A DNA stretch of 64,000 nt from Felis catus (taxonomy: Eukaryota): positions 115,322,001-115,386,000 of the forward strand of contig NC_058373.1 of NCBI RefSeq assembly GCF_018350175.1, in the 5' to 3' direction. Positions 23,941-36,975 of this stretch are shown piece after piece. The notes under the pieces were generated by a model. It was not told the DNA's origin and made no database searches. It was given only the letters and a program-made list of their open reading frames with translations. Every line of letters starts with the position of its first letter. The stretch's first letter is position 1. Position numbers and translations under genes: made by a program.

Positions 23941-25539
23941 AACCAAACTTTATGATTCATTCAATTCTTGGCACCTGTGATCAGACAGACAAACAAAAAG
24001 TTCCCAGACTAGGAACTCCTATCTTGCCTCCTTCTGTTCCACCGCACCCCCCCCCCCCGCCCCCATCACTCCAGATGTGCATGGCCCTACCTAAAATACC
24101 ACACTGGGGAGTGATTATTGGCTTTCGTTTCAATTTTTGGCCGGTTAGACCCAGAGCAGGCCCAGGCCCTGGCATCAACATCTCCATCAGCTGGCCAAAG
24201 GGCTCATTTGTAAGGCTGAGTCGGCAGTGGGCAGTCTTTCCTCTCCCTTGCTCAGGGGGGATCACCCCTGTACATCTTAAGTCCTCAGCCCCGCAGAGGA
24301 GAAAACTTCACTAGCTGATGCTTGGGTCAGAAGCCTTACTTGCCAGTGGGGGGCTGGGGAGGCGTGTTTCTGGTTTGATGCCTGTCTGCATTCTGGCCTC
24401 CTCCCTCACCCCCCTGGCAGAGGCTGGGGGAGGGGGGGCATGGCCCTGCTTAGCAGGTACAGGGCACCCTTTCTCTCCCGACCACATAGAGATCTATTGT
24501 TTAAGCAGCCAAGTTCCTGGCATTGCTGGCGGGGTGGGGGGGGGGGGAGGTGGTGGTTGTTGGAGGGGAGGGAATGTCCGTGTGGAGTCTCCCTCCTTCC
24601 TCGTTTGTCACTGCGGGGCTGTTTGGGAGAGGACAAGGGTTGAGTTGCGGATGAGAAATCGATCAGAGCTGCTTGCGAGGCCTGCCAAACAGGGTTAGCA
24701 TTGTACATACATGCTCTGCACGCATCCAGAGTCGCTGAGGGGATACGAAAATCGGATCTCCAAGAACACTCCCAACAGCCCCATAAAGACCCCAAAGCAA
24801 CATAGGTCATTATGGCAATTAATTGGATTTCCCTTTGCATCTGACATCATTCTAAACTCAATTGCTAGATCACAAAATAATCTTACCTTTGGCAGAAATC
24901 TAAGCTTGTTAGGTGTGGAGCCCTGCGCACTTCCCAGACGTAGATTTCAGCCTCCTTTTTTTGGGAACCAGAATGGGGCAGCCTCTGCGGAACAGGAAAG
25001 GCCCCTGGGGCGGGGGTGGGGGGGGTGGGGGGGAAGCTGGAGCTTCGGTACAGCCCCTCCCCTGATTGGGGAGGACAGTACTGAATGAGGTTGGGGGGGT
25101 TGGGTAGGCAATGTGTCAGGTGCTTTGTAACCTGACAAATACACCACACATGTGAGCGGCTCTGTCCCTCCTGCTTAAAAACCATTTCACAGGGCAGCGT
25201 GGATCTGATTCAGAAAAGGGCTGAATGTTCTTTTTTTTTTTTTTTTCCAAGTATTGACAGTGGAGAAAAACTGGACCTACTTCCCAGAATAGTTTATTTT
25301 TAGGACCAGATAAGCATCTCTAGGACAGTGCTGGGAGTTTTAAGTAGGTTTGTGGATGTTTATTGTGTATCTGTTCTTGAAGAAGTCTGCAGAGCTTCTG
25401 GGGAGAGAGCACAAAATAAGATAGATAGTAAGTCGAGGGGCGAGGTGGAGAGTGTTGTGGCAGCCCATGAATCGTTCCCTCAGGGGACAGTGCCACTGAC
25501 CAGCTCGGGCACAAGGACTTCCCACTGTCAGCAGCCCTG

Positions 25540-26192
25540 CCCAGTAGACCTTTTTGCCAGGATGGTAATGTTCTGTATCCACACTGTCCAATATTAGACA
25601 CATGTGGCTGTTGAAGTTTAAAATTTTTTTTTTTAACGTTTATTTATTCTTGAGACAGAGACACAGAGCATGAGTGGGGGAGGGGCAGAGAGAGAGGGAG
25701 ACACAGAATCAGAAGCAGGCTCCAGGCTCTGAGCCATCAGCCCAGAGCCCGACGCGGGGCGCGAACCCACGGACCACAAGATTGTGACCTGAGCTGAAGT
25801 CGGATGCTTAATGTTCTGTATCCACACTGTCCAATATTAGACACATGTGGCTGTTGAAGTTTTAAATTTTTTTTTTAACGTTTATTTATTTTTGAGACAG
25901 AGAGACAGAGCATGAATGGGGGAGGGACAGAGAGAGAGGGAGACACAGAATCGGAAGCAGGCTCCAGGCTCTGGGCTGTCAGCACAGAGCCCGACACGGG
26001 GCACGAACCCACGGACCGCAAGATCGTGACCTGAGCTGAAGTCGGACGCTTAACCGACTGAGCCACCCAGGCGCCCCTGTTGAAGTTTTAAATGTGGTTA
26101 GCACAACTGAGGAACTGAACTTTTAATTAACTTGGTATCAGTTAATTTAAATTTTAATGTTCCTAGCCACAGATGGCTAGTGGCTATCCCGC
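25540..26192 (+). mobile_element. MER3-like hAT MITE interrupted by a duplicated CAN-SINE unit (SINEs ~25620-25811 and ~25863-26077, minus strand)
   Basis: gatggtaatgttctgtatccacactgtccaat...cacatgtggct and actgaggaactgaacttttaatt...tagccacagatggctagtggcta. Confidence 0.8.
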
Positions 26193-26649
26193 AGGAAGCG
26201 TATGGGTCTCTAGCCATCGTGCCCAGCCTCGCGTCCTGCTGGATACTACCACGTGTCCCAAAGTGCGGCCTCACCGAGCTCCATCGCATTTCCTAACCTT
26301 TCCTTTCCTTCCCATCTCTGTCTGTCAAAATTCTGCCTGTCATTTGAAAGGCTCAAAGGGCTCCACACAGCCCTCCCAGGCTGGCCCCAAGCAGAGTTCT
26401 GTATGCACCCTGCACTTTGCTTTCCCCAGGGGCAGTGCGTGTCCCCATCTGCCTTGTGTTGCAGCCGGCCACATGCAGGAAGGTGGTGCGGCAGCCTCAG
26501 GGCGGGCTTTGAAGGTAGACAGACCCAAGTTTGACTCTGGCTCTGCCACTGTGATCCCGAGCTAGTAATTTAACTTCCTGGGTCCTCAGTTTCCTGATTC
26601 GTCCTGTGGAGGCCATAGCATCTATGTCCAGGGGGGCAGGGAGGATGCT

Positions 26650-27106
26650 AGTGGGATGTCACAAATACCACAGATGTTGGCTCAAGTAACACTCATTTCT
26701 GGAGCTCAGAAGTCTGACGTGGGCCTCAATGGGCTAAAAAAGCAGCAGAGCTGAGTTCTTTCTGGAGGCTGTAGGGAAGAGAATTCATTTTATTGCCTTT
26801 TCCAGCTTCTGGAAAGTGCCTGCATTCCTTGGCTCATAGCCCCTTCTATCTTCAAATCCGGCAATAGATGACCAAGTCTTTTCCATGCTTCCATTTCTCT
26901 GGTTGTGACTCTTCTGCTTCCCTCCTCCCCACCCAAGGACTCTTACAATTGATTGCACTGGGTCCCTGGTGCAATCCAGGGTCCAGATGTTCTCCTTATC
27001 TTAAGGTTAGCTGATTAGCAATCTTGATTGCTCTTTGCCATGTAACATACCATTATTAAGCCTAGGACATGGGCATCTTTGGGGGGCCATTTTTCTGCTT
27101 ACCACA
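26650..27106 (-). mobile_element. MLT1 (C/D-like) solo LTR inside a MIR
   Basis: ttctggaggctgtagggaagag...gccttttccagcttct...ggggggccattttctgcttaccaca. Confidence 0.7.
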
Positions 27107-27449
27107 TTCATTAAGGGTCAAATATAGTGCCTGGCTTACACAAGGTGCTTGATAAACAGGGTCCCATTACAACGATCCACGTGTATTTGTTTCTGTCCTT
27201 TTAGAGTGGGAGTCTCTTAATGGTGGAGTTGTTTAATTTTCTTTATAGACTCCATCCTGCCCAAGAACATGTGCTTGGTAAATGTTCATTGAATAGTAGA
27301 ATTTTCAATAAATGTAGATTGTTTCTTTCCCCGAAAAGATATATTGAACAGTAGAAAAAGTAAACTGCAAATCAGAATATTTGATCCTGTTTGTGCAAAA
27401 AAAAAAAAAAAAAAAAAAAAAGTTGGTTTGTGTATAAAAAAATCACATA

Positions 27450-27683
27450 AGGGGCGCCTGGGTGGCTCAGTCGGTTAAGCGTCCAACTTCAGCTCAGGTC
27501 ACGATCTCGAGGTCCATGAGTTCAAGCCCCTCGTCGGGCTCTGGGCTGATGGCTCAGAGCCTGGAGCCTGCTTCAGATTCTGTGTCTCCCTCTCTCTCTG
27601 CCCCTCCCCCGTTCATGGTCTCTCTCTCTCTGTCTCAAAAATAAATAAATGTTAAAAAAACAAATTAAAGAAAAAATCACATA
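27450..27683 (+). mobile_element. CAN-SINE
   Basis: Full element; TSD AAAAAATCACATA. Confidence 0.92.
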
Positions 27684-28019
27684 GATTGTAAGTCATGTGG
27701 CTCACGGTGATCATCATAGAGATGTTACATTTCTATGAGATGTGTTTTAGGAATTATTTAACTAGTTTTGTTTATCATGAGCATTTTTTAATCTTAGAGG
27801 ACAATAATAAAGATGAAAACGTGTGATTTTAAAAAAGTTCCAAACCTGTCTCAATGCAGCCCGAAAATCCCCTTGGATTCAGTATACATCTGACAGTCAG
27901 TCTGTGCTCATTTGGGGCTGATTTTCAGGTTTCGTAACTACTAAGACCAGGCCTCCTATTCATTTTCAGCAGGCTTTGAACTCAATCTGCTTTAAAGGCG
28001 AGTTTCCAATTAACCTTAG

Positions 28020-28900
28020 CAGGACATAGGTATAAAATGTACTTATTGCTGCTGGTGGGAATATAAATTTGCACGATCACTTCGCAGCACTGACCTTTTA
28101 ATTTTACTCTAATATATGCCCTAGAGAAATGTGCTTAAACATATACCAAGACCCATGTGTAAGGACGTTCATAGCAGCATTGTTTGGCAACAATAAAAAA
28201 ATTGGAAACCAGCTAAATGCCCTTCAACAGGAGACTAGAATTATGGTATATACAAGGGGTAGAATACTACACAGTACCAAAAATGGCTGATCTATACTCA
28301 TTATTGTGGATCGATTTCATCATCAGAATGTTGAGTGAAAAAAGGCAAAATGTACAAAAACACATACATTATGCTATTTATATAAAGGACAAAGCATGCA
28401 AAAATGATACATTGTTTAGGAGTGCATGCCTATGTAAAAAACACATGAGAAAATTAAGGGCAATGATAACTTTGAAGCTCAGGTTAGTGATTACTTAGGT
28501 GTGAGGCCAGGAGGGTGAGTGACACATTGGAGGGGACATGGAAGGCGCCCGTTGAATTTGTAATGTTTTCCTTTTTTTAAATTTTTTTAATTTTTTTTTT
28601 AATCTTTATTTTGAGAGAGAGAGAGAGCACCAGAGTGCGAGTGGGGGAGGAACAGAGAGAGAGGGAGACACAGAATCCAAAGCAGGCTCCAAGCTCTGAG
28701 CTGTCAGCCCAGAGCCCAACGCAGGGCTCAAACTCACAAACCCATGAGTTCATGGCCTGAGCCGAAGTTGGATGTTTAACCAGCTGAGTCACCCAGGTGC
28801 CCCAGTGTTTTCCATTTTTAAAGTAGGAGGGAAGTACATGGGTTTTTAAATTCTGTTTTGTATGCATTACATGATACATAATAACGTTTTCCAGAAAAGA
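28020..28900 (+). mobile_element. Old L1 fragment with a minus-strand CAN-SINE (~28575-28803)
   Basis: tgctggtgggaatataaatttg...catagcagcattgttt...atgttgagtgaaaaaaggc; SINE body visible. Confidence 0.7.
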
Positions 28901-29258
28901 TAAAAATGTATTTGGATACATCACAACAAAGTTTTAAGAGCAAATAATAAAAGTGATGCTTCTCTAAGGGGTTCTCTGTTCCAGGGTGCTGATCACACTT
29001 TTCCTTTCCCCTGAAGAACATGTTCGGGGTCATTGAACCAAGCATACAGCCTCCCCTGCCTCCTTCTGTTTCTGGCCACCTCTCTCCTGCCCTCCCGGGG
29101 CCCTGAGGCCACCCACGCCTCCCCACAGCCCAGGGCCTGGTGCCTGTGTGGTTCCTTCTCCCTGCTGGTGCTTTCTGCTGTTCTGCCTGTTGTCCTTGCT
29201 GTCCCTGGATGATTGGAAATGAGGTTGATCATTTTCTCAAATTTACTGGTCATTAGCT

Positions 29259-29769
29259 TAGGGCTGCCAGAGTTGACAAATAAAAATACTACTATAGGAT
29301 TACCTAAATTGTAAATTGCATAAATTTGAATAATGGAATTGAATAATATAATGTAAAATAATATAAATTATAGAAATTTGCATTCAGATAAATAAAAAAT
29401 AATGTTTTAGTGTAAGTATGGCCCAAATAAAAACTTATTATTTACTTGGAATTGTTTGTTTTTAAATGTTTATTTATTTTGAAAGAGAGAGAGAGAGCAT
29501 ACACATGTGTGCACAAGGGGCAGAGAGAGAGGGAGAAAGAGAAAGGGAGAGAGAGAAAGAGAGAGAGAGAGAATTCCAAGCAAGCTCCATGCCAACACCA
29601 CAGAACCTGATGTGGGACTTGAACTCACAAACCATGAGATCGTGACCTGAGCCGAAACCAAGAGTCAGATGCTTAACCGACTAAGCCACCCAGGTGCCCC
29701 TGGAATTGTTTGTCGTTCATCTGAAATTCAAATTTAATTGGGTATCTTGCATTGTATCTGGCAAGCCTA
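29259..29769. mobile_element. MER53-like MITE interrupted by a CAN-SINE (~29460-29700, minus)
   Basis: TAGGGCTGCCAGA...TCTGGCAAGCCTA termini; SINE TSD TGGAATTGTTTGT. Confidence 0.78.
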
Positions 29770-30678
29770 CATTAACTTCTTTTCTTTTGGGAATCATCTG
29801 TCCCGATCTTTTGCTCATTTTAAAAACAACAGTGGTAATTTTTTTCCCTGCCTCACTGGCTGACTTGGAAGAGATTTTTTTGTTTGTTTTTTTTTAATTC
29901 TAAGGATATTAATCTGTTTTTCTGTCATGTATGGCAAATGCCTTTCATTGTGGTAAGACTGTGGTTTCAATCTACTAAATTTTACATCTTTATGGTTTCT
30001 ATCATCTTTGGGATCAGGATGAGAAAGGTCTTCCCCTGCTAAGATTGTAGAAATTAAGGTGAATAAGTTTCTAAAGATGCACAAGCAGTGTGAAATCCAT
30101 CACACTGGTCATCGATTTAATATTTGATAGGGCTTTATATAGTATTTTCTGTGAACTAAACTTCTTTATGTAACCCTATGGAAAGAGCACTCGTATTTCA
30201 GAAATTCCCTATAATATTTGGAAAGAAGATGTGTCACCTGAAAGTATTTTATCCAAGGTAATTACTTGGGGAAATTTATGTAAAAAAAAAAAAAGTGTTA
30301 CTTTGGGTAAGCAGACTATCCTGGAAAAGACAGCAGGGTTTTGGCAAAGAATTTGGACTCTCCTTCATCTTTGGATTTGTTCCATTCATTTAAAAAGACT
30401 TTTCCTTATTATGAAGACTTTCAAATATACACAAAGAGGAGAGAGTAGTATAACGAATCCCATGGAATGTACACACGGATTCAATAACGCACGACTCCTG
30501 GCCAATCTCGTTTCTTCCACCCATCCCCCCAGGCTCCTGTTCAGATTATTTTGCAAGTCCAGACATTATATTTTTATCATCTGTAAATATTTTCAAATCT
30601 ATCTGTAAAAGACAAAGATGTTAAAAGAAACCTACCCACAATACCGTATCACAACCAAAGAATACTAATTGCTTAATA

Positions 30679-31147
30679 CAGGTATTTCCCATATTTGGAC
30701 AGTGGGCATTGGGCCACTTTGCTTTTTTGAAAGACTTGCAGTGGTACCGGTTTTTGCTAACCGACAGAAATCCCAGGAGGATTTTTGTCCTCACAAAAAG
30801 AAGGCAAAAAGCAAAAGTAGCGTTTAGCGTTTGTTTTGCAGCCAACCCTTCTAGAGGCAGGGTGCAGCTCCTTCCCCGGGAACCACACTCAGCATCTCGG
30901 CATCAAGCCACCAGAGCTTTGAACTCTGTCTGTGAGCATCTTGCTTTATCTCAGTTTATTCTGTGCATCCGTTAGCACGATGTGTCCTAAGGTATCAGAA
31001 AAGCCTGAGAGGTTATTTTTTTGGGTCTGGGAATGCTGAAGAACTTTTCCACATAAATTACTAGTAATTGCTTCTTCACTTTTTGCCTTTTCTGTTTATG
31101 AAATGTTTCATAGGAAGGCTCTACTTTGAGATAGCAGGGGAAACCTG
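30679..31147. mobile_element. TcMar/Tigger-like non-autonomous DNA transposon inserted in an old L1
   Basis: TA|CAGGT...ACCTG|TA termini with imperfect TIRs; L1-like sequence resumes on both sides. Confidence 0.65.
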
Positions 31148-31586
31148 TATAATATAATCCAATCAACATTCAAATCTCCCTGATTATCTCTTAGATATGG
31201 TTTTGTATTTGTTTGCATCAAGATCCAAAGAAGGTCCACATATTGGTTAATCCGTATCTTAAATCTCTTTTAATCTGTGAGTTTCCCTCTGTCTCCTTTT
31301 AATTTGTAATTTAGTTTTGAATCAATAGGTTGTTCTAGGGTTTTCTATACTAGATTTTATTGACTGCATTCCCATAGTGTTGTGTCACGTGTTCCTCTAT
31401 CCCTTATATTTCTTGTCCTGTGATAGGTAGATCTAGAGACTTGATCAGATACAGATTTGATATATTTTTTGGCAAGTATACTTCATAGGAGTTGGTGTGC
31501 ACTTCCATCAGGAGGCATATAAACATCTGTGATATTAGTATCATTCGGGGGATCCATTAATTTATTAGGAGTTGTCACTGATTTTT

Positions 31587-32029
31587 TAAAAAAATTTTTA
31601 AGCGTTTATTTTTGAAGGAGAGAGAGAGACAGAGCACGAGTGGGGGAAGAGCAGAGAGAGAGGGGGACACAGAATCCAAAGCAGGCTCTAGGCTCTGAGC
31701 TGTCAGCACAGAGCCCAACATGGGGCCCCAACTCACAAACTGTGAGATCATGACCTGAGCTGAAGTCAGACGCTCAACTGACTGAGCCACCCAGTTGCCC
31801 CGAGTTGTCACTGATTTTTAAAAAATGTTTATTTACTTATTTTGAGACAGAGACAGAGAGAGTGAGAGGGGGAGGGGCAGAGAGAGAGGGAGAGAAAGAG
31901 AATCCCAAGCAGGCTCTGCGCTGTCAGCCCAGAGCCTGACATGGGGATCAAACTCACAAACTTGAGATCATGACCTGAGCCGAAATCCAAGAGTCAGACG
32001 CTTAACTGACTTAGCCACCCAGGTGCCCC
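31587..32029 (-). mobile_element. Two tandem CAN-SINEs of different subtypes at one target site
   Basis: SINEs ~31587-31801 and ~31820-32029; three copies of GAGTT(G/A)TCACTG(A/G)TTTTT. Confidence 0.9.
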
Positions 32030-34697
32030 GAGTTATCACTGGTTTTTAGACAAATAACAGGTTAAGCTGAAAAAGGCTTCTAAGTTTTGTGTGGCATTGC
32101 GATCTCTCTTGGGTCTGGTGTTGCCTACAGAGAAAGCAGCTTAGGTGCCAATGTTCTCTTTTCAGCACTGACCTGACAGGGAGGCTGTGTGTGACTGCAG
32201 AGCCCTGAGAGGGACACTCTGCCCTGAGTTCTTGGTCGGTGGTCTAGGAAGGAGAATCTTCCTGGTTTCTAGCAGAAGCAGTAAGAGCACGAGCTGGTTT
32301 TACTCTCTAGTGTCTTTAAAGTGTAATTGTAGATCAGCTTTGTGTATGATCATCGGTATGTACACATCAGTTAGGAGTTTAAAAGAACTGATAACTACGT
32401 TTTGAACTGGCTTACCCAATGAAGGTCCAAGGTGGGTTTCAGGATTGGTTTGATTCAGCAGCTTATTAATGCTGTCAGACATTCCCCTCTGCCTTTTGTG
32501 TTGTCTTTGTTTCTCCCCTCTGCCTTTTGTGTTGTCTGTTTAATTTCAAGCCTGGATTTTCATGGTGGCAGAATTGCTGCAACGATTCTACACTTCTTAT
32601 CTAAACATCCTACTTTTTAGACTACAGAAGAGAGAATTGACTTCAAGGAGCCCTTTCACAAAAGGGACAACCTACATTCCTAGATGATGTTAGAAAATTT
32701 TTGCTGTTAGCTTATCCATCTAAATTGGATCGAATGCCCATTCTTTTCACCAGTCCCTTCTGCCGGGAGATTGCCGTGCTGTGCGTGACTTAGGTCTAGG
32801 TTCCTTAGGGCGGTTACTGTGGAAGGGTAGGAGACAGTATACCCATTTCTGGAGCTGGGGTTCAGATTTTTCCTCTTCCGTCCCCCTGACCACATGACTG
32901 CACAAGTAGGGGAGTGAGGGGGGTGTGAGGGCAGCAAGCACAGTGTCCACTTTGGGATTTGTAGCATTTGGAACCAACAGAGTGGTGGGGTAGGATGTGT
33001 GGTGAGAAGTGTGCTGGGCACTGATGGTCACAGCCCAGCAAACGGGGAGCTCTCCTATTACAGTGGGATCAGTTCCTTCCTCTATTATAGGGAGATTAAA
33101 TGACTACGGGCACAGATGTTCTGAGATTAGGAGCTGATAGGAAAAAGGGAACGTAGGAAAAATTTGGACACTTCCAGGGTAGGATAAATAGGCCAAATGA
33201 AGAGGATTCCAGAAGGCCCCCCAAATGAGGTAAGCTTGATGGCTGAGTCCTACAGTGGGAAGAAGTCTCAGGGACACCTTGCTTTTATGCGTGGGGTGAG
33301 ACCTGTCCTCAGCCCACACAGCCAACCAGTGTGGCAGAGCCAGAGCCAGAACCCAGATCCCTGCCTTCTTGCTCTGTGACTTTTGCATTTAAAGACGCCC
33401 TGGAGAACTTGGGAAAGTGGCAAAGGTCCAGCCAAGGGGAGGAGATAGTTTGAATGCCAGTAGAGGATTGTATTTCTGAGTTGCCTTTGGCCAGCTCACC
33501 GATTAACATGTGGCCCAAAACTCAGGACAGGTGGCAACCTCACCATTCTTGCCATCTGACTGTTGGCGTTACCCTATCTTCCAGTTCAGAGGGCTCTGGG
33601 TTCTCAGCCCCTGAAAGAGATGCATTCCTGGTTTCAGCAAATGCTGAAAGGTTTAGGTAGGAATGTGCAGCAGAGCAGACAGAACAAGTAACCAGTGATA
33701 TAATGTGAAGAAGTAAAGGTTGAGCTTGGTGTAAGACTCTTAATGCTTGTTAATAGCAATGCAGTCGGTGCAGACATGGACGGAGTCAAATGGTCTGGAG
33801 TACAGGAAGCATGTTTTATGGTTGGTACAATATTTTCCTGGGAGGCCTTTTTAAAATCAATATCCAGTTTGAGGGTTGAAGTGGAAATCCTTTGTGTTTG
33901 TTGAAGAGGGTTTGACGGTGCCTAGACACTTCGATGGACACGTTCTCCTTGCCTCTTGGGCAGTGACTTCAGAAAACCTTCGGGCAGATCTGGGGCTGCA
34001 CTGGCCCAGGCGACCTGAAGGTATGGGGTGAATGGAAGACCGGATGCTTCATTACCTGACTTGACTTCTCTTTGGCTTTGAGGATCACGTCCTCACTTGT
34101 GTTGGTATGTTGTTGTAAATTCTCTCCATCAAGATAGAGGCCTACTGAAAGATGGGGCCCACAGCCCGGGCTCCGTGTACTGCTGATTCCCAGCTTCTAA
34201 CTTTTCTTTCCCTCGAGGTACATCTACCTTGAGAATGAAATGCATCGCCCGTATCGTTGCTAGGTGGCGAGAGAAGTCTGAGCCGTGACCATCCCGTGAG
34301 TTGTTGGGAGCTTTCTTGCCCATCGAGAAGGCAGCATAGCACAGTGCTTTGGGGCCAAAGAGACCTGGATGAAGTCCAAGGCCCAGTGCTTTCTTGCCGT
34401 GTACGCTTGGGCAGAGTAAGCTCCGACCTTCAGCTCCCTCAGCTGTAAGCTGAAGATTTTATCTGCCTCATTGGGTCATTGTGGAGCTTAAATGAAATAA
34501 TGGCAGGATGCTCAGGCGATGTTAAGTATTTGTAAAAATAATGGCTGTAATGGGAAAGTGTGAGAGATTCATAGAAGGACCCCAAATTGTTTTGTTTCCC
34601 TTAGCTTTCCTCCTTGGAATGAAAGCCATAAAGCCCATCAATTTGTGGAAGATTTCAACTCTGTGGTTCTATTATCTTTTGTTTAAAATGAAACTAG

Positions 34698-34698
<1 letters not shown>

Positions 34699-34757
<59 letters not shown>
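34699..34757. repeat. (GT)n(GA)n microsatellite
   Basis: Directly visible. Confidence 0.95.
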
Positions 34758-35369
34758 TTGAGAAATCAAATTCCTCTCCTTTCCCAATCAGACACAGGTC
34801 AGGAGGACTCTCTCAAATGGGGGAGAGATGCTCTTTGGTGTGATCTTTCTCCATTTGCTCTGTGACCGTTTCTTCTCCTGCCGGCAACTAGACACACTCT
34901 GCTTCCTAAAATCTTCCTTCATTTTCTCTTTCCCTGGATGGGAGGTTGTTTTGAGTGAGCCTGATCACCTTTCCTATTTTCTCTAAGACCGTGGGAGGCA
35001 GTCTTGCTGTTAGGAGACAACTGGAGGGCCATGCCTCTGTGCCCTCCTTGTACCTTCTGGGCTCAGGGGTCAGGCTGGTGACTGCCCAAGATGTTCCCAG
35101 ATTGGGTCCCCGAGACACTGCCCCCAGGAGCCAGAGGAGCGGTGCCAGATTTCTCTGGAGCTCCTCTTCCTCTATTCCTGGGCCAGCCTTTTCCCTTGGC
35201 CTGAGTTGGAAAGCCAATCCCAGCAGGGCCTGTGGGTGGGCCCAAACCCGATCCCCCAGGCTGCTTTTAGAACAGCATTTCAGAAGGGAAAACTCCTGGC
35301 TGTCAGCATGGCTTCCTGGAGGGATAGTTCCAGATAAGGTGGCTTAGGCCGTCGGCATACACTTTTTCT

Positions 35370-36928
35370 CCCTTCTAAATAGTTTAATTTATGTAATTAT
35401 TTTTTTTTATATTATTTTAGAGAAAGAGAGAGAGCGAGCGCGTGCATGGGTGGAGGAGAGGGGCATCGGGGGAGAGAGAAAGAATCTCAAGTGGGCTCCA
35501 CACTCAGTGTGGGATCACGACCTGAGCTGAAATCAAGAGTCACGTGCTCAACAGACTAAGCCACCCAGATGATCCTCCCTTCTAAATAGCTTAAATTGAT
35601 ATACTTGGACCATTGACATTTAAAGTGATTACTGGTATAGTTGGGTCAGTATCTACTATATTTGTTTAGTTTTCTATTCCTTCTTCCTATTTTTGGTTCC
35701 TATTTTTTAAAATTTTTTTTAACATTTATTTATTTTTGAGACAGAGAAAGAGCATGAACAGGGGAGGGTCAGAGAGAGGGAGACACAGAATCTGAAACAG
35801 GCTCCAGGCTCTGAGCTGTCAGCACAGAGCCCGACAAGGGGCTCGAACTCATGGACCGCGAGATCGTGACCTGAGCCGAAGTCGGCCGCTTAACCCACTG
35901 AGCCACCCAGGCGCCCCGTTTGGTTCCTATTTTTGTCTTCCACTCTTTTTCTACCTTCGTGCTTGTAATTGAGTATTTTCTGTGATTCTTTTTTCACTCA
36001 TTTTTTAGCCTATCAATTATACTTCTTTTTTTTTTAACTTTTTTTAGTAGTTGCCTTAGAGTTTGCAATATACATTGGCAACGAATTCAAGTTCACTCTT
36101 TCTTTTTTTTTTTTTTTTTACAAAACATGTTTGCTTATTTATTTTTAAAATTCCAGTATAATTAAACTGCACTATTATATTAGTTTCAGGTGTACAACAT
36201 GAATCAACAATCCTATACATTACTCAGTGCTCCCCGTAGTAAGTATAGTCCCATCTGTCACCAAACAACCTTATTACAATATTATTTCTTGACTGCATTC
36301 CCTATGTTGTACTTTTCATCGCCATGACTTATTTATTTTGTAACTGGAAGTTTGTACCTCTTCAATTCTTTTTAATGTTTTTATTTATTTTTGAGACAGA
36401 GAGAGACAGAGCATGAGCAGGGCAGGGGCAGAGAGAGAAGGAAACACAGAATCCGCAGCAGGCTCCAGGCTCTGAGCTCCAAGCTGTCAGCACAGAGCCT
36501 GACGTGGGGCTCGAACTCACGGACTGTGAGATCATGACCTGAGCTGAAGTCGGACACTCAACCGAGGGAGCCACCCAGGCAACCCTGGAAGTTCGTACCT
36601 CTTAATCCACTTTATCTATTTCACCCTCCCCCGCCTGCCTCCCCCTTCTGGCAACCACCAGTTCTTTTCCTGTGTTTAAGAGTCCTTTTGTTGTTTGTTT
36701 GACTCTTTTCTTCTTTGTTCATTTGTTTTGTTTCTTAAATTCCACACATGAGTGAAATCATATGGTATTTGTCTTTCTCTGTCTGACTTATTTCACTTAG
36801 CATAATACTCTCAAGGTCCATCCAAGTTGTTGCAGATGGCAAGATTTCACTCTTTTTTATGGCTGAATAATATTCCATATATATATTATATATATACACA
36901 CCACATCATCTTTATCCAATCATCTATT

Positions 36929-36975
<47 letters not shown>

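Noticed and set aside
27450..27540. tRNA-like A/B box sequences
   Set aside because: These are the tRNA-derived heads of CAN-SINEs, not tRNA genes.
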